From: Paraspadella gotoi
Taxonomy: Eukaryota > Animalia > Chaetognatha
NCBI GenBank assembly: GCA_051294375.1
Contig: CM119266.1
Span: forward strand, 9,680,538 to 9,744,537
DNA length: 64,000 bases
Reading direction: 5' to 3'
Both the position numbers and the translations under genes were made by a program. Shown here one piece after another: positions 1 through 12,805 of this stretch (within the stretch, counting starts at the first letter, position 1; every line of letters starts with the position of its first letter). The notes under the pieces are model-generated. The model made no database searches. It had not been told where the DNA came from and saw only the letters and a list, made by a program, of their open reading frames with translations.

Positions 1-2754
1 CCCGACCGACCCTACCTCCTCAGCAACTTTCAGATTTTTGGTAAGTTCGTCAAGGAGGGAAAGGCCACGATTAAGCTCAAAGATATCGACCTTCAAATCT
101 TGATCTCCAACTGTCCGCCGGACAAGCTCAACTCTTTTCTCAAAACCATCTCGATCAAAGTAACCTGCGCGAAAAACGAGGGAAATCTCTCCGAGCCCTC
201 AGTCAGAAAGAAGTTGTTGGCGGAGCGGAAGCCCGCCTTCAAGCTGATCAGCCCCCTCAACGCCAAGAACGCCGCCGTCGTGGAGTCCGTTATTCGTGGG
301 TCCGGGGTTAAAGGGAAGAAGAGAGACCTTCAAGCGACGCCCTCTCCCGGAAAGAAGAGCAAGAAAGCGTGCGGTGAGTCCTAATCAGTTTATGACTCGT
401 CTGTATTTATAAATTGTAGAATTTTTTAGACTAATTTTAACCAATATTAAACTTATCTTCGTTTCCCCACAGTGGCCACGTCGGACAAGGAGAACATTCG
501 CGTTCCTTCTAGAACAAGAAAACAACTGAGCCAAATGTTGACCTCGCCAAAAAGCGTTGCGCCCAAAACCGGCCCCATTATCTCACCGCCAACCAAAGAA
601 AAGATCCTCAATAAATTCCTTCCATCGGCGTCGAAATTGACGCCGTCTCAGCGCCGCGTTCTCGATGCCGTGCGACGCGGTCAGTCCGTCTTTTACACCG
701 GCGCAGCCGGTACGGGCAAATCTTTTCTTACCAAATCTATCGTGGGCGCACTGCCGCCTGATCAAACTTTCGTCACCGCCAGCACCGCCATCGCCGCCTG
801 TCACATTGGCGGCACTACGTTGCACGCCTTTGCCGGCGTGGGCAGCGGAACGCAGCCGTTGGAGCAATGTGTGCAACTGGCAAACCGAAGCAGCGTCAAA
901 CAACAGTGGAAAAAGTGCAGGTAGAGAAAATCAACGAAGTAACGTAGTCGTGATTTCTTTCGGAGAAATTAGAGGAATTTTATTAACATACGTAAAATAC
1001 ACGAGGAGAAAATGATAATTGTAGTGTTTTAGGGCGGATAACAACTTGAAAATTTTTTAGTTTCTTGAATCTTGAGTGTAAGTCGCTTCCATGAGGAAAA
1101 CCTCTTCGAATGGTCAACAGAGAAGAAAAGGCAAAAAAATAAAGCGGAACAAAGTACAATCAGATCTATCCAGAAGTTGGCGCCATTGTCGTCTACTTTT
1201 TTAACAAGTGAATACGAGCAAAGGTCGTGTCTTTTTTTATTTGGAAGCCTCGTTGTTCTATTTTCTATTGTTTACTTGTTTGAACTGGAAACGTAGTTTT
1301 AATTTTTTTTTTTTTAAAAGGGAATTTTTTGGTGGACAGAGATTTTTAAAGTTCAACAATTTAATAAAAAAATTATTTAATTTAATAATTTAAAAAAAAT
1401 AATTTAAATTTTTTTTGTAGAATTCGAGTAATTTTATGAACATAAAATACACGAGGAGATAATGATAATTGAGAGTAAAAACAAATATTTAAAGGTCAAT
1501 AACAACTTGGAAATTTGATATTAGTTTCTTGAAGCTTAGTTTCTTCTCTTTTTGCCTTCTTCTCTTTCTCTTCGGTTCCGAGAAGAAGCCAGGACTCCTC
1601 CTCTCTGATTGGTTAAGAAAGAAGAAAGGCAAAAAAGCCAAGCGAGACGAACTACGATTACATCCATCTATCCATTTCCTACGTTATTATCACGAATTTC
1701 GAGAGTTATCTAGTTTTTTAGCAACATTGTTTCGCTACATCAGAACTTTTTAGCCTTTATACTTACCATCAGGTACCTCATAATCGACGAAATCTCCATG
1801 GTGGACGCATGTTTTTTTGATAAGCTCGAAGCCGTAGCACGCTCGGTCAGAGGAAACGACAAACCTTTCGGCGGAATCGTTCTTGTTCTTTGCGGCGACT
1901 TCCTCCAACTTCCACCCGTCTCCAAAGAGTCGGGACTCCGTAAAAAGTTTTGCTTTCAAGCTGCGAGTTGGAGCTCATGCATTAATCTCACCATCGAACT
2001 CAAGGAAATCTTTCGTCAGAAAGATGCGCGCTTCGTTGAAATTCTTCAGCAACTGCGATTCGGTCGCTGTCCTCCCGAAGTCGCCGACGTTTTGCGTCAA
2101 ACGACGCGTCATAAGTTGGACGCCGAAGGCATCATCCCCACACGACTTTTTACTCACAACCAGGACGTCGACGCCACGAACCAGCAGCACCTCAAGCTCT
2201 TGTCTCAAAAGCTGGAAACATTCGAATCCGTCGACACCGATGAAACCAATTCCAAAGTGATCTCTCTCCTCTGCCCGGCGGCGCCCTCGAGGATTCAGCT
2301 CTGCCAAGGCGCTCAAGTGATGCTGACCAAAAATCTTTCTGTGTCGTCAGGACTCGTCAACGGAGCCAGAGGCGTCGTCACGGGTTTCGAGACAGCATCG
2401 GGTAAAAAGCTCCCGAGGGTCAAGTTTGCCTCGGGCCTCGAAACGGTCGTCAAGGCGGAAAAGTGGCCCGTTAAAGTTACATCCGGGAACGTCGTCTTTC
2501 GCCACCAGTTGCCCTTAAAACTGGCCTGGGCCATCTCGGTGCATAAGAGCCAGGGGATGACGCTCGATTGTGTGGAAATGAGTTTGTCGCGCGTCTTCGA
2601 AAGCGGTCAAGTGTACGTGGCGCTATCTAGGGCCAAATCCCTCGAGTCCGTGAGAATTACGGACTTTGATCCTTCTTGCGTCAGGGCGAATAGAGACGTC
2701 CTAGATTATTACAAATCCATACGTAGCGAGCCCGCCTTGTCGCTGAGATTTTAA
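1..2754 (+). CDS. PIF1: ATP-dependent DNA helicase PIF1, 5' end outside window; exons <1-373, 473-920, 1773-2754
   Basis: N-terminal FVKEGKATI...ISNCPPDKL; Walker A GAAGTGKS; spliced RYLIIDEISM; GDFLQLPPV, FRQKD, LAWAISVHKSQGMTLD, GQVYVALSR. GT-AG junctions keep the frame. Confidence 0.96.
982..1722. repeat. Two diverged direct copies (~982-1207 and ~1433-1722) of a 230-290 bp segment inside PIF1 intron 2
   Basis: Collinear shared blocks: aaaatacacgaggag-aatgataattg, ataacaactt, tagtttcttgaa, ggcaaaaaa, atctatcc, tctacttttttaacaa vs tctagttttttagcaa. Confidence 0.75.
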
Positions 2755-2930
2755 TATCCTACGTTAGGGTTTTTTTCACGTTGGATTGTTTAACTCTGGA
2801 CTGCAGAATTTTATATATATTTTTTATAAAGCGCGACATTTTTATATTCTTAACCGTTTTATATTTTATGTATCGTGTTTTCTCTATTTAAGATAAATCT
2901 AGGGGGAAAAAAATTTTCCAGCGTGACTTT

Positions 2931-3572
2931 ATGATGAGCAGCGATGAACAGGACGTTGATATCGAGAGCGACGAGGAAGAGAACGAGGCTATGCACGTGG
3001 GCAACCGGTTCGCGTCACCGGAGGGCGAGAATCTTGACAAGCGTGCGCATCACAACGCCCTCGAGCGGAAGCGGCGAGACCACATCAAGGACTCCTTCAA
3101 CGGGCTCAAAGACTCCATTCCGTCCATGCAGGTAGTTTGTTTATTTGGACTCGTAGGATTTAAAGACATTTAGCATGAGAGAACTTTCCGCTGTTTTAAT
3201 TTTTTTTTTTTTTTTTTTTTTTTTTTAGGGCAATGAAAAGATGTCACGGGCTTCTTCCCGCGCGCAAATTTTAAAAACGGCGACGGAATACATTCAATTA
3301 ATGCGGCGGAAAAACGTCACGCACCAAGAGGACATAGACGATTTACGGAGGCAAAATTCTCTGCTCGAGCATCAAATTCGAGCCCTGGAACGCGCCAAGA
3401 TGACGGGCCTTGGGAACGGAGGTTAACAACGAATAAAAGAGCCGGTCGCTTAAGATCCGATAAAAAATATATATTTTTTTCAAATTTTCAATCAGCCGGC
3501 GCCATGAATCAAATGTCTTCTCAAGTTCTCGGGATGACTGACGACGAATTGAACGAAAACTCGGATTTGTGA
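2931..3572 (+). CDS. MAX: MYC-associated factor X (bHLH-Zip); exons 2931-3131, 3229-3421, probable 3496-3572 (unspliced stop at 3426)
   Basis: [21 protein letters not shown]; [20 protein letters not shown]; [20 protein letters not shown]. Confidence 0.95.
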
Positions 3573-4012
3573 CTAAAACGGAAAAACATATATTACTTTT
3601 AATACAGATAACCAGAAACCGGATAATAAAAAGAAATGAGGTCACGAACGGAAAACTATTCTCTTCGCCGAGAAAATCGCCAGTTATATCTAATTTGGTA
3701 TTGAACATTCCTCTCACTCTCCCCGTCCCCCTCTTGTATATTACTTTATATTGCAAAGTACTATATACCTCCCTTTGCATTCGTTTCGTACCCATTGCCT
3801 TGAATTTTAGTGTCTGTCGATGTTCATTTGAATTTAGTATTTTTTCTTTCTTTCTTACCCCCCCTCCTCTATTTCCATCACTTATGCCCCTCCAATTTAT
3901 TTCCAAATCTTTTTTTTTCTCCGCTTCTTTCTAAGCCTCCAAATTTCGGAAGTTTGTTGAAAAAAGTTTTTTTTTATTTCTAGATTAATAGTAATAACCT
4001 TCATCAATCATC

Positions 4013-6363
4013 ATGGGAGACCACATAGAAAATGACGATCGGTTCAAACACATCGCCAAGGACCCGCGGTTTCGCCGAATGCGAAAAAACGAGCAAAAGG
4101 TCAAATTGGACAAAAGGTTCAAAAATTTGTTTAGCGACAAAAGATTCTCGGACGACGTGGAGATTGACAAGCGGGGGCGGCCGATCGAAGAAGGATCGAA
4201 GAAGAGCGACTTGAGACGCTACTACCGGATCAGCGAATCCGAAGAAGATGATGATGAGGAAGAAAACAATGCCGGCCCAAGACCAGCGCCGGAAGCTATA
4301 AAAAAAATGGCGGAGCAGCCGGACTTTTCCCGCGGCGAGGGACTCGAGTCTTCTTCGAGCAGCGAGGACGAAGACGACGGAGACGACGACGACGAAGACG
4401 ACGGACTCGATCTGAGTCAGGCGTGGGGCGCATTAGACGCCGACGCGGAAACGAGCGAAGAGACCTCTCGTCGTCTGGCGATGTGCAACATGGACTGGGA
4501 CCGAATCAAGGCCGTCGACATTCTCGTCCTCTGCTCCTCTTTCGCGCCCAAGGGGAGCGTCGTTAAATCGGTGACCGTCTATCCCTCGGAATACGGGAAG
4601 GAGAGGATGAGAGAAGAGGACTTCTCGGGTTCGTTCGTTTTGTCTGATTTTGGTTGTTGTTTTGTGCGATTTTGTGCGTTGTTTAGTTTCTCTTATAGTA
4701 TGGGCTGAGTCATACATTCTGTACTTTTCATATATAGCAAATCAGTATATATACCAACCAACCGTATTCTTATGATGAGCTGTTTAAAAAAACCGAAAGT
4801 TTCTTGACTGACGTCACCCCACTTTCCCTTTTTTCAAGAAGTTGTTCCTACGCCGCTCTGTTTATTATCTCCAGGTCCCCGCGAACTCGCCCGGGATTCG
4901 GCGCGGGACAACGCCGACGAACCCGATGACGACGACGATGCGCAACAGCGAAAGCTTCGCCAGTACCAACTCAACCGGCTCAAGTATTTCTACGCCTTGA
5001 TCGAGTGCGACACTTTGGCGACGGCGGAGAAGATCTACGCCGACCTCGACGGCCACGATTACGAATCCTCGGGATCGCGGGTCGATCTCCGTTTCGTTCC
5101 CGACGACATGATCTTCGACGAGGCGCCACGCGACGCCTGCGACGCCCTTCCCGGCGCCGACTCCACTTACGAGCCCGAGACTTTCGTCACCAAGGCCTTG
5201 CACCAGTCCAAGGTCGAGTGCACATGGGACGAGACGGACAGGGAGCGGACGAGGATCACGCGGAGAAAGTTCGACAAGGACGAGCTGGAGACTTTGGATC
5301 TCAAGGTCAGTAGGGGGTCAAATGTCAAGTATGGTGCGGGATTAGAAGGAAATTAAGCTGGAGAAGCCTTTGATTTTCAAAGACATTTTGACTCATTAGG
5401 ATTATCTAGCATCGAGTTCGTCGGAGGAAGAAGAAGAGGTTGACGTCGGCGAAGATAAAAATGGGGACGTCAGTGATTCCAAACAAGCTCGAATCGCCGC
5501 CTACCGTCAACTTCTTGAAGGAATCAAGAAGAAGGAGGACGAAACTCAGTCGAAAAAACTCAAAGCGGGCGAACTTCAAATTACCTTTGAACCGGGATTG
5601 AAGGAAAAGACCGAGCAACTCGTCAAGGTCAGGGGATGATAAATGTGTAAAAGAAGAAGACTTGGCGAATGAGGGCGGGAAATTAAAGGATAAGGGAATT
5701 AATTCAGTAATTTTTTTACATGTATTACATTTCATTTAATTGCTTCAGGACAAGTTGGCCGACAAAGTGAAAACTCCATTCGAGGAGATGATGGAGAAAA
5801 AGAAAAAGAAAAAGAAGTCGAAGAAGGAGGTCAACGCCGTCGACGACGAAGACGGCGACGATTTGCCGGCGAACGTCGATCTCAACGATCCCTTCTTCGC
5901 CGACGAATTGAAAAACATCGAAGCCGACAAAACGGAAACCAAGTCGAAGAAAAAGAAGATTAAGAACAAAAACAAAAAGAAGAATGCGGCCGACGAAAAC
6001 GGCGAGGATGACGACGCCGACGAGTTACGTCTCTTGGTCTCCGACGAAGATGACGACGATAACAAACGACACTTCGACATGAAAAAGATTTTGAAAAATG
6101 AGGAAGAGAATGGGGGAAAGAAAAAGAAGAAAAAGGCCGAAAAATCCACCGCGGATTTCGACGTGTTCCAGATCGATTTGAACGACGAACGGTTCGCGGC
6201 CATCAACTCGGATCCTAACTTCAACATCGATCAGTCCAACCCCAGCTTTAAAAAAACCAAATCTTCTCTCGCCCTTTTGAATAACAAAGTCAAAAAAAGA
6301 CCAAACCGTGATGTTGACGGGAGCGACGGGACTAAGTCAAAAAAAATACGACAAACTCAGTGA
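4013..6363 (+). CDS. ESF1: Pre-rRNA processing factor ESF1; exons 4013-4628, 4875-5305, 5400-5627, 5749-6363
   Basis: DDRFKHIAKDPRF, IDKRGR, RRLAMCNMDWDRIKAVD, VYPSEYGKERM, DLRFVPDD, TWDETD, C-terminal NUC153-like DERF...FNIDQSNPSFKKT. Confidence 0.93.
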
Positions 6364-6470
6364 TGCTTATGTTGTTGGGTCGTTGCGATTTGTTTTTACT
6401 TTTATAGTTTTTTGTTTCAGTTAATAAGTTAATTAGTTTTTTTGTTACAGTTAATCGATAAAGACCGAAA

Positions 6471-7096
6471 ATGGGTTTATTAACAATCCTCAAAAAAATG
6501 AAACAAAAGGAAAAAGAGGTGAGACTGTTGATGTTGGGACTTGACAACGCGGGAAAAACGACGATATTGAAAAAGTTTAACGGAGAAGACATCGACGCGA
6601 TATCCCCCACTTTGGGATTCAACATAAAGACTTTGGATCACCGAGGATTGAAACTGAACATTTGGGACGTCGGGGGACAAAAGTCTTTGAGGTCTTACTG
6701 GAGAAACTATTTCGAGAGCACTGACGGACTCATTTGGGTGGTCGACAGCGCTGATAAAGTCCGACTAGAGGATTGTGTCGCCGAATTGCACGGGCTCTTG
6801 CAAGAGGAGAGACTGATGGGGGCCACCCTTCTGATATTCGCTAATAAACAGGTTGTTTTTGCGTCGAAGCCGAATAAAGAAGTTACAATTCCGTTTTATT
6901 TAACGATCAACTCAACTAGGATTTGCCCGGAGTCATGAGCGCGGAAGAGATCGGCGATCGCCTCGGCATTTCTGAAATCGCCAAAACTCATCACTGCCTC
7001 ATCATCGATTGCTCGGCCAAAACGGGAAAACATTTGCTAGAAGGAATAGACTGGATTTGTAACGACATTTCCTCCCGAATTTTTACGATGGATTAA
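6471..7096 (+). CDS. ARL2: ADP-ribosylation factor-like GTPase 2; exons 6471-6851, 6920-7096
   Basis: [65 protein letters not shown]-terminus [10 protein letters not shown]. Confidence 0.97.
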
Positions 7097-7182
7097 TTAT
7101 TTATAATTTTTATTCCGTACTTTTTTTACTTGGGTCTTATTTTCTAAATCGATTTAAATTTCGTAGCATCAGTGCGCCCATA

Positions 7183-8066
7183 ATGGGTGACATGTCGATG
7201 GTCGAACTGAACATTAGTCAAGTGAAATATGACGATGCTTCCAAATCGATACGAACGAAGCCGGGCGAGAAGCATCTCGTTATCGACTGCAGAGACGCGT
7301 TACACTTGTCCGAAAAAACGAACGGCGTCGCCCCGTTCTTTCTCCTTTACTACCGACAACGTCACGATGAATTCTCGATCGTGAAAGCTTTGAAGATCTT
7401 CACCGTCTTCGTCGATCACGAGGGCGTCCCTCTTCTCAAGAAGTACGAAAATCTCGTCAAGAAAATGCGAGACATTATCTCCGAACGGCCAAAGATGGCC
7501 GACGTTTTACTCTGCCTCGAAGACGTGGGGGAAAAGTGTGCAAGTCACCCGTTGGTGAAGGTTTTGCGCGAGGCCGGCGTTGATTGGGAAATGCGAGTGC
7601 TGAACGGGAATTTGAACCAAGTGAGTCCGCCATAACGTGGGGAAATTTTGTTTTGATACCTTGCGTCGATCATATTGACTTATTTTAGGAGCTCGGCAAA
7701 AAACAAGGAAACCGCGAAATTCTTTTTACCCGCCCACCGAAAAATTTTATTTTTTCGGAACCTATTCCCTCGGAAAACTCCGTCGTCGAGGAAACGGTTC
7801 GTCCTGTGCCTTCTTCCAAAGTCGAAAGTTGCCGCGGGGATTCCAATGTTAGTAACTGCGACGAAGACCTCGCGAAATCGTCGTCCGATTCGCGTAAAAA
7901 TTCCCACCGACTTTTCGAGGAGAACGAGAAACAGTTGGAACAGTTGGAATCTGCAAAAGCGAGTCTGTATAAGTCCTGGCGGTGGACGTTTTACTTGATT
8001 CCCGCCTTTCTCATCGCTCTTTTGGCGATCGGGTTGCATTTGATGATAGACCGTTCGGAAGAATGA
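7183..8066 (+). CDS. Uncharacterised protein with C-terminal transmembrane anchor; exons 7183-7620, 7689-8066
   Basis: caa|gtgagt donor and ttttag| acceptor join the ORFs in frame; codon usage like neighbours; hydrophobic WRWTFYLIPAFLIALLAIGLHLMI near the C-terminus. Confidence 0.7.
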
Positions 8067-8658
8067 ATCTAATATCCGGACGAGCGGGCTTCAAATCGCT
8101 AGAAGCTCGGGGATTTCACGATCGTCTCGTTGCAAGGGGATTTATTTATTGCTTTTAATTTCCCTCGCGTTAGAACCGGTTTTAGACTTAGTTATTTAAA
8201 CGGGGTTAATTTCCTACTTTTGGAGAAAGTAAAAAAATCACAAATGGGATGATTTTTACGAGTTTGTTTAAAGAATTCTGATTGATTTTGCATTTTCTCT
8301 GCATGACCTCTTTCATAGCGCTTCCTCCCTTAACTATCCTTTTTTAATTTATTAATTTATATGGGTAGCAGCGACGCGATATACGTACTTATAAGTACAT
8401 CACGTGCAGATTTATCCCGCAATCATTTCCAGCAAAAAAAAAACAACAATTCTCTAATGCTCACTATGTTTTTGGTAAAAATCAAAAACTATCGCGTGAT
8501 TTAACGAAAATGTCATTCCAAAGTATTTTGTCGCTTTGTTTACACCTTCTTTTTATAGCCAGTAACGGATGCCGTTTATCACTTACTCTCGATCTGAAGG
8601 GATTTTTAAATGAAATTTATTATTCTTTCAAGTTTCAGTTACGAAAAAATACAAAGTA

Positions 8659-10453
8659 ATGCGGGAGGCGAAGTCCCCCTTGCTCCTGGTGGGCGAGGCC
8701 GGCTTTGCCTTCGCGTCCGCTTTCGCGATCGCTCGACCGGAAATGACGTTTCTCGCTACCTGCTATCAAACTGAGCAGACGACTTTGGAGCTCCACCCCG
8801 ACGTGGTTGAGAATTTGCGAAAAATCGCCGTGGGCGCTCCCAAACATCGTTTCGCATTCGGAGTGGACGCGACCAAATTGGAAACTTATGACGCGGTCAC
8901 TTCGCTGCGACCGAAGACGATATTGTTTAATTTTCCGCACGTGGGAGGAAAATCGAATATCAAGAAAAACCGTCGCCTTTTGAAGGAGTTTTTCTGTAGT
9001 TGCTCGATGCTGTTCGAGCTGGAAGAGGAGGCGGAAGAAGAGACGAGGAAGACTCGTAAGATTGTGACTGCAGTTGTAACTGTTTAAAACTTGTATTATC
9101 ATTAATTTCTCACATTGTTAAGGCGAAATATGGGTGACGCTTCTCAACGGGCAAGGAGGCACAAGTGCCGATAGCCCTCGACGCGAATGGGCTAACAGTT
9201 GGCAGATAACGGCCATGGCTGCCGAGGGAGGCTTCATTCTCCGTCGTTGTTTTCCCTTCGACGAAACGTCTTTTCCCGGTTACGTCCGTACCGGATTCCG
9301 CGGCCGGGACCAATCCTTTCAGGGTCAGGCCGGCGCGATCGTTCACGTGTTTGAAAAAGGATTAGCCGCACCGCTCGTGCCCACTCGCGTTTCTATCATG
9401 ACGGTGGTTCCCCACCCGATCGTCGAGAACGAGTCTTCTCCCGGATACTTACCCGCGCACATTTGCCGTCGACTGGAATCCATCGTCAGATGGAGTTCGC
9501 GTCATCCGCTCAGACGCGTCCTGGACCCTTTGCTGAATTCTTCGCTGATTCCTGGCGAATCCTTTGCGAAAAAAATTCCGCCTTTTCTAACATTGGACGA
9601 TGTTACAAAGAACTTTTTGTCGGACAAAGAATATTTTGTTCTTGCGCACCAGGAGGATATTCCTTTGGAGGACGGAAATTCTAAACTGTTTTTACGCTCC
9701 ACTGTCTTTCAAAACGCTCTCGAAGATTTCGCCATCGAAAAATGGCGACCGTGTTATCACGGGGATTGTTACCGAAAAGCATCTTTAGATAATCTAAACG
9801 CTTTCTCTTACGAACTTTTGTTTCTCTCGGAAACCGAGGAAAGCCTTTCCCAACTTTTACAATCGAACCAGTCGTGTTTTCTGAGAAATGATTTCTCAAA
9901 TAAATCTCACGAACTGTTCACCGTTTTCCCGCCGGCCCTCGAGTCAATAATCGAATTAGAAAGAGTTTATCACGGCGTCCCCGAAGTGGAAAGGTTTTTC
10001 GGATGCGAGGGTCGACTCGATGCGGGAAATTCGATTAAGAAGAAATTATACTTCGCGTGGGTGAACGTCTTAGAGTTGACCTCAATCGTCTTCCAAGTCG
10101 AGGATTCTCGTTTGTTTTGGACGCGCGACGAAAGGCTGGAAAGAGACGCAGAGCAATGTCGGCTGCTCAGCGTCAGTCTGCACCCTCCGCTCTGGACGCA
10201 CTGTATGAGCTTTTGGGAGCCCAGCTCCTTCGACGAAGAGGCTTTCATCAACGTCGTCCTCGATTTTGCCGAGGATCTGTTAAGTCGTGTAGAACTCGTT
10301 GAGCGTTATACGGACAAGAAGGGCCGCGCTTCGAGATGTTATCAATTCACCTACGAGTGTCTAGATAGACCGCTGACCAAAGCTCGATGCAGTTCTTTGC
10401 AGTGTAGCTTGAGATTAATAGTCGAAAAAGCGTTAGGGGTCGAATTGAGATGA
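8659..10453 (+). CDS. FDXACB1: Ferredoxin-fold anticodon-binding domain protein 1 (DUF2431/Bmt5-like methyltransferase + PheRS-like + FDX-ACB); exons 8659-9055, 9123-10453
   Basis: LLVGEAGFAFA, FGVDATKL, FNFPHVGGKSNIKKNRRLLKEFF, VTLLNGQGGT, NSWQITAMAA; C-terminal SFW...VELVERY...SRCYQFTY...LGVELR. Confidence 0.9.
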
Positions 10454-10544
10454 TTAATTGATGCTAAATTATTTATTTTATCGCAGAAATGTTACAAGGT
10501 CTGACTCTCTGATTATGCGCTTTGCCGCGAACTTAGCCACCATA

Positions 10545-11264
10545 ATGTTGAGGAAACTAAAGGGACTATTTTTGTGCTTTCTGAACGTGTTCAAGCGTGC
10601 CTTGTGCTTCATCAGACGTCGACCTCCGCCGAGTCCCGTGCTTCCCGTCGTCCTCGCTGACGCCAAGAGCGTCGCGTACGACATTCCGGAACTCGGGAGC
10701 GGCGATACCGGCTTCGACAGCGACGTCGCGGTTTCCTGGGACTCTTGGGACAATGACTTTCACTCCGACTCGACGGCCGCCGCTCCTCCTCAGTCATTTC
10801 CCCCTCATCATCCGGCCGCCGTCCAGCCGGCTCTCGAACCGGAAACGCCCGAGGAGCCGGATTACTTCGCGGACATGACTCCAGCCTCCTTCAAGGCGCC
10901 CAAGATCGTCGTCCGCAAGAAGACTCCGCCAGAATCTGTCCCCTCTCGTCGCCCGGCGGGAACCTTCTCGGATCGCCTATCGATCACCGACAACGCCAGC
11001 GACGGCTTTGCGCTGACTCCGCCCCAAGAGCTGGCGTCCATGGACGAGTGGGGCGACTCCTCCGTTAACGCTTGGGCCGACGAAGAGAACGAAGAGCTGG
11101 ACTGGGAAGTGGAGTACGCTCTTAGGGAAACTCGGCGCGCGGAACTCGAAAGAAAAAAAATGGAGCAGCAGCAGCGAAGGATGCAGAGAGAGTTGCAGCG
11201 TGGCCGGTCCCAGCCTCAACTGTCGCAGAGTCATTTTCAAACTATCAACGCGTTGACGCAGTGA
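10545..11264 (+). CDS. EBAG9: EBAG9/RCAS1 homolog, single exon (alternative in-frame ATG at 10515)
   Basis: Hydrophobic N-terminus then FKRALC; SWDSWD; EPDYFADMTP...KIVVRKK; FSDRL; C-terminal coiled coil. Confidence 0.85.
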   Translation: MLRKLKGLFLCFLNVFKRALCFIRRRPPPSPVLPVVLADAKSVAYDIPELGSGDTGFDSDVAVSWDSWDNDFHSDSTAAAPPQSFPPHHPAAVQPALEPETPEEPDYFADMTPASFKAPKIVVRKKTPPESVPSRRPAGTFSDRLSITDNASDGFALTPPQELASMDEWGDSSVNAWADEENEELDWEVEYALRETRRAELERKKMEQQQRRMQRELQRGRSQPQLSQSHFQTINALTQ

Positions 11265-11460
11265 TTGTTTTTTGCTATTAGTTTTTTTTTCTCGTCAGAT
11301 CTGGAATACGGTTGGGGGGAATGAATTTTTTTTTTTTAATGCGACCATTATTTAGCTTATTTGGCGTTTCGTCCTTCCATTTCCCTCGAGGGTTTTATAT
11401 CTCACTTCCGATTCCTCAGGTTCTTAGTTATATAATAAACTGAAAACCAGTGATAGGATC

Positions 11461-12805
11461 ATGGCCGTCCCTCCCGCATTCGCCGACCTAGGAAAATCAG
11501 CCAGCGACTTATTGTCGAAGGGTTACAATTATGGAGGTTAGAAAACTTAGAGATACGTTGCAATTTCGTTATTTTCCATCTCCCTAACCTCGGAATCCCT
11601 CTTTTCTATATCAGCCGTCAAAGTCGAAATGAAAACGAAGACAATAACGGGGTTAGGAATAACTACGGGCGGTAGTTCACATCTCGCCACAGGGAAAATA
11701 AACGGCGGTTTGGAGCTCAAACTTCCCGTCGATTATTCCGTTCCCTTTACGCTCAAGGTGTGACATCCTTGAATCCATCGAGGGCGAAATCCCGCCAGTT
11801 TTGTCCCTCGTTAATATAATGGATTTTCATTCTCCCTTCGAAAGGGTAAATGGACGACGGACAACGTATTTCACACGGAGTTGGTCATCGAAGACCAAAT
11901 CGCCAAAGGCGTGAGAATCGCTTGCGAAACGGCCTACGCTCCGACTTCCGGCAAAAAGACGGGGAAAGTGAAAACCGCTTTCAAGGCTCCGCACGTGAAT
12001 TCGAATCTGGGTGAGAGATAGAGTATAAACGGTTAAATTCGAGACCCGATTGAAGTTAATTATTTTTTTTGTGATCGCTTTCCTCTCAGACGTCGATTTC
12101 AACTTTGCCGGGCCCACAGTAAATGGTGCAACAGTCCTGGGTTACCGAGGATTGTTTTCGGGTAAATTACTTTAAAGATAATGAAGATAACCTATGTACT
12201 TACTACTTAACTTATTCTAAAATACAAAGAAAAAATACTCTTTATCATTCCTATGGCTTATCTTAATTAATAAAAGCGTGCAATGTTCATAAATAAGTGA
12301 AATCGATGCAAAAATTGACTCTTTTTCCTAGGCTACCACATGGCCTACGACACGGCGAGTTCGAAATTGACGAAGAGCGACTTCGCTTTCGGTTACGGGA
12401 CCGATGACTTTCAATTATACGCGGCACTGTCCGGCGGCTCCGACTCCTCGGGATCCATTTTCCACAAAGTAAACGAAAAGCTGGAAACGGCGGTGGGGTT
12501 CTCGTGGACGCGAGATTCCCCGGCGGCGCCTTCCTTCGCTATCGGCGCCAAATACGCCCTCGACGATGACTCTTCCGTGGGAGCGAAAATCAATCAAGCC
12601 TCCGCCATTGGAATTACGTTTTCCCAGGTCTGCCCAAAGAGACAGAGAGAGATAAACGTCTTGCGAAATACTTCTTATTTGAATCTTCTTCCTTTTCTAG
12701 ATAATTCGACCCGGCGTTAAGCTGACGCTCTCTTCTCTCGTCGATGCCAAAAATTTCAGCGCGGGTGGTCATCAAGTTGGCTTGGGGCTCGACTTCGAAC
12801 ATTAG
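11461..12805 (+). CDS. VDAC: Voltage-dependent anion channel (mitochondrial porin), 6 exons
   Basis: [25 protein letters not shown]; KWTTDN; [13 protein letters not shown]; GSIFHKVN; IGAKYALD; [31 protein letters not shown]. Confidence 0.96.

Noticed and set aside
1-2754. PIF1 helicase as part of a Helitron
   Set aside because: It has the cellular PIF1 N-terminal domain and introns, has no Rep/HUH domain, and lies among housekeeping genes.
3343-3934. ORFs of 187 aa (-) and 121 aa (+) after MAX
   Set aside because: AT-rich low-complexity UTR/spacer sequence with atypical codon usage.
4770-4812. ATGATGA...CTGA in ESF1 intron 1 as a C/D snoRNA
   Set aside because: Boxes only ~40 nt apart, with no clear terminal stem or second box pair.
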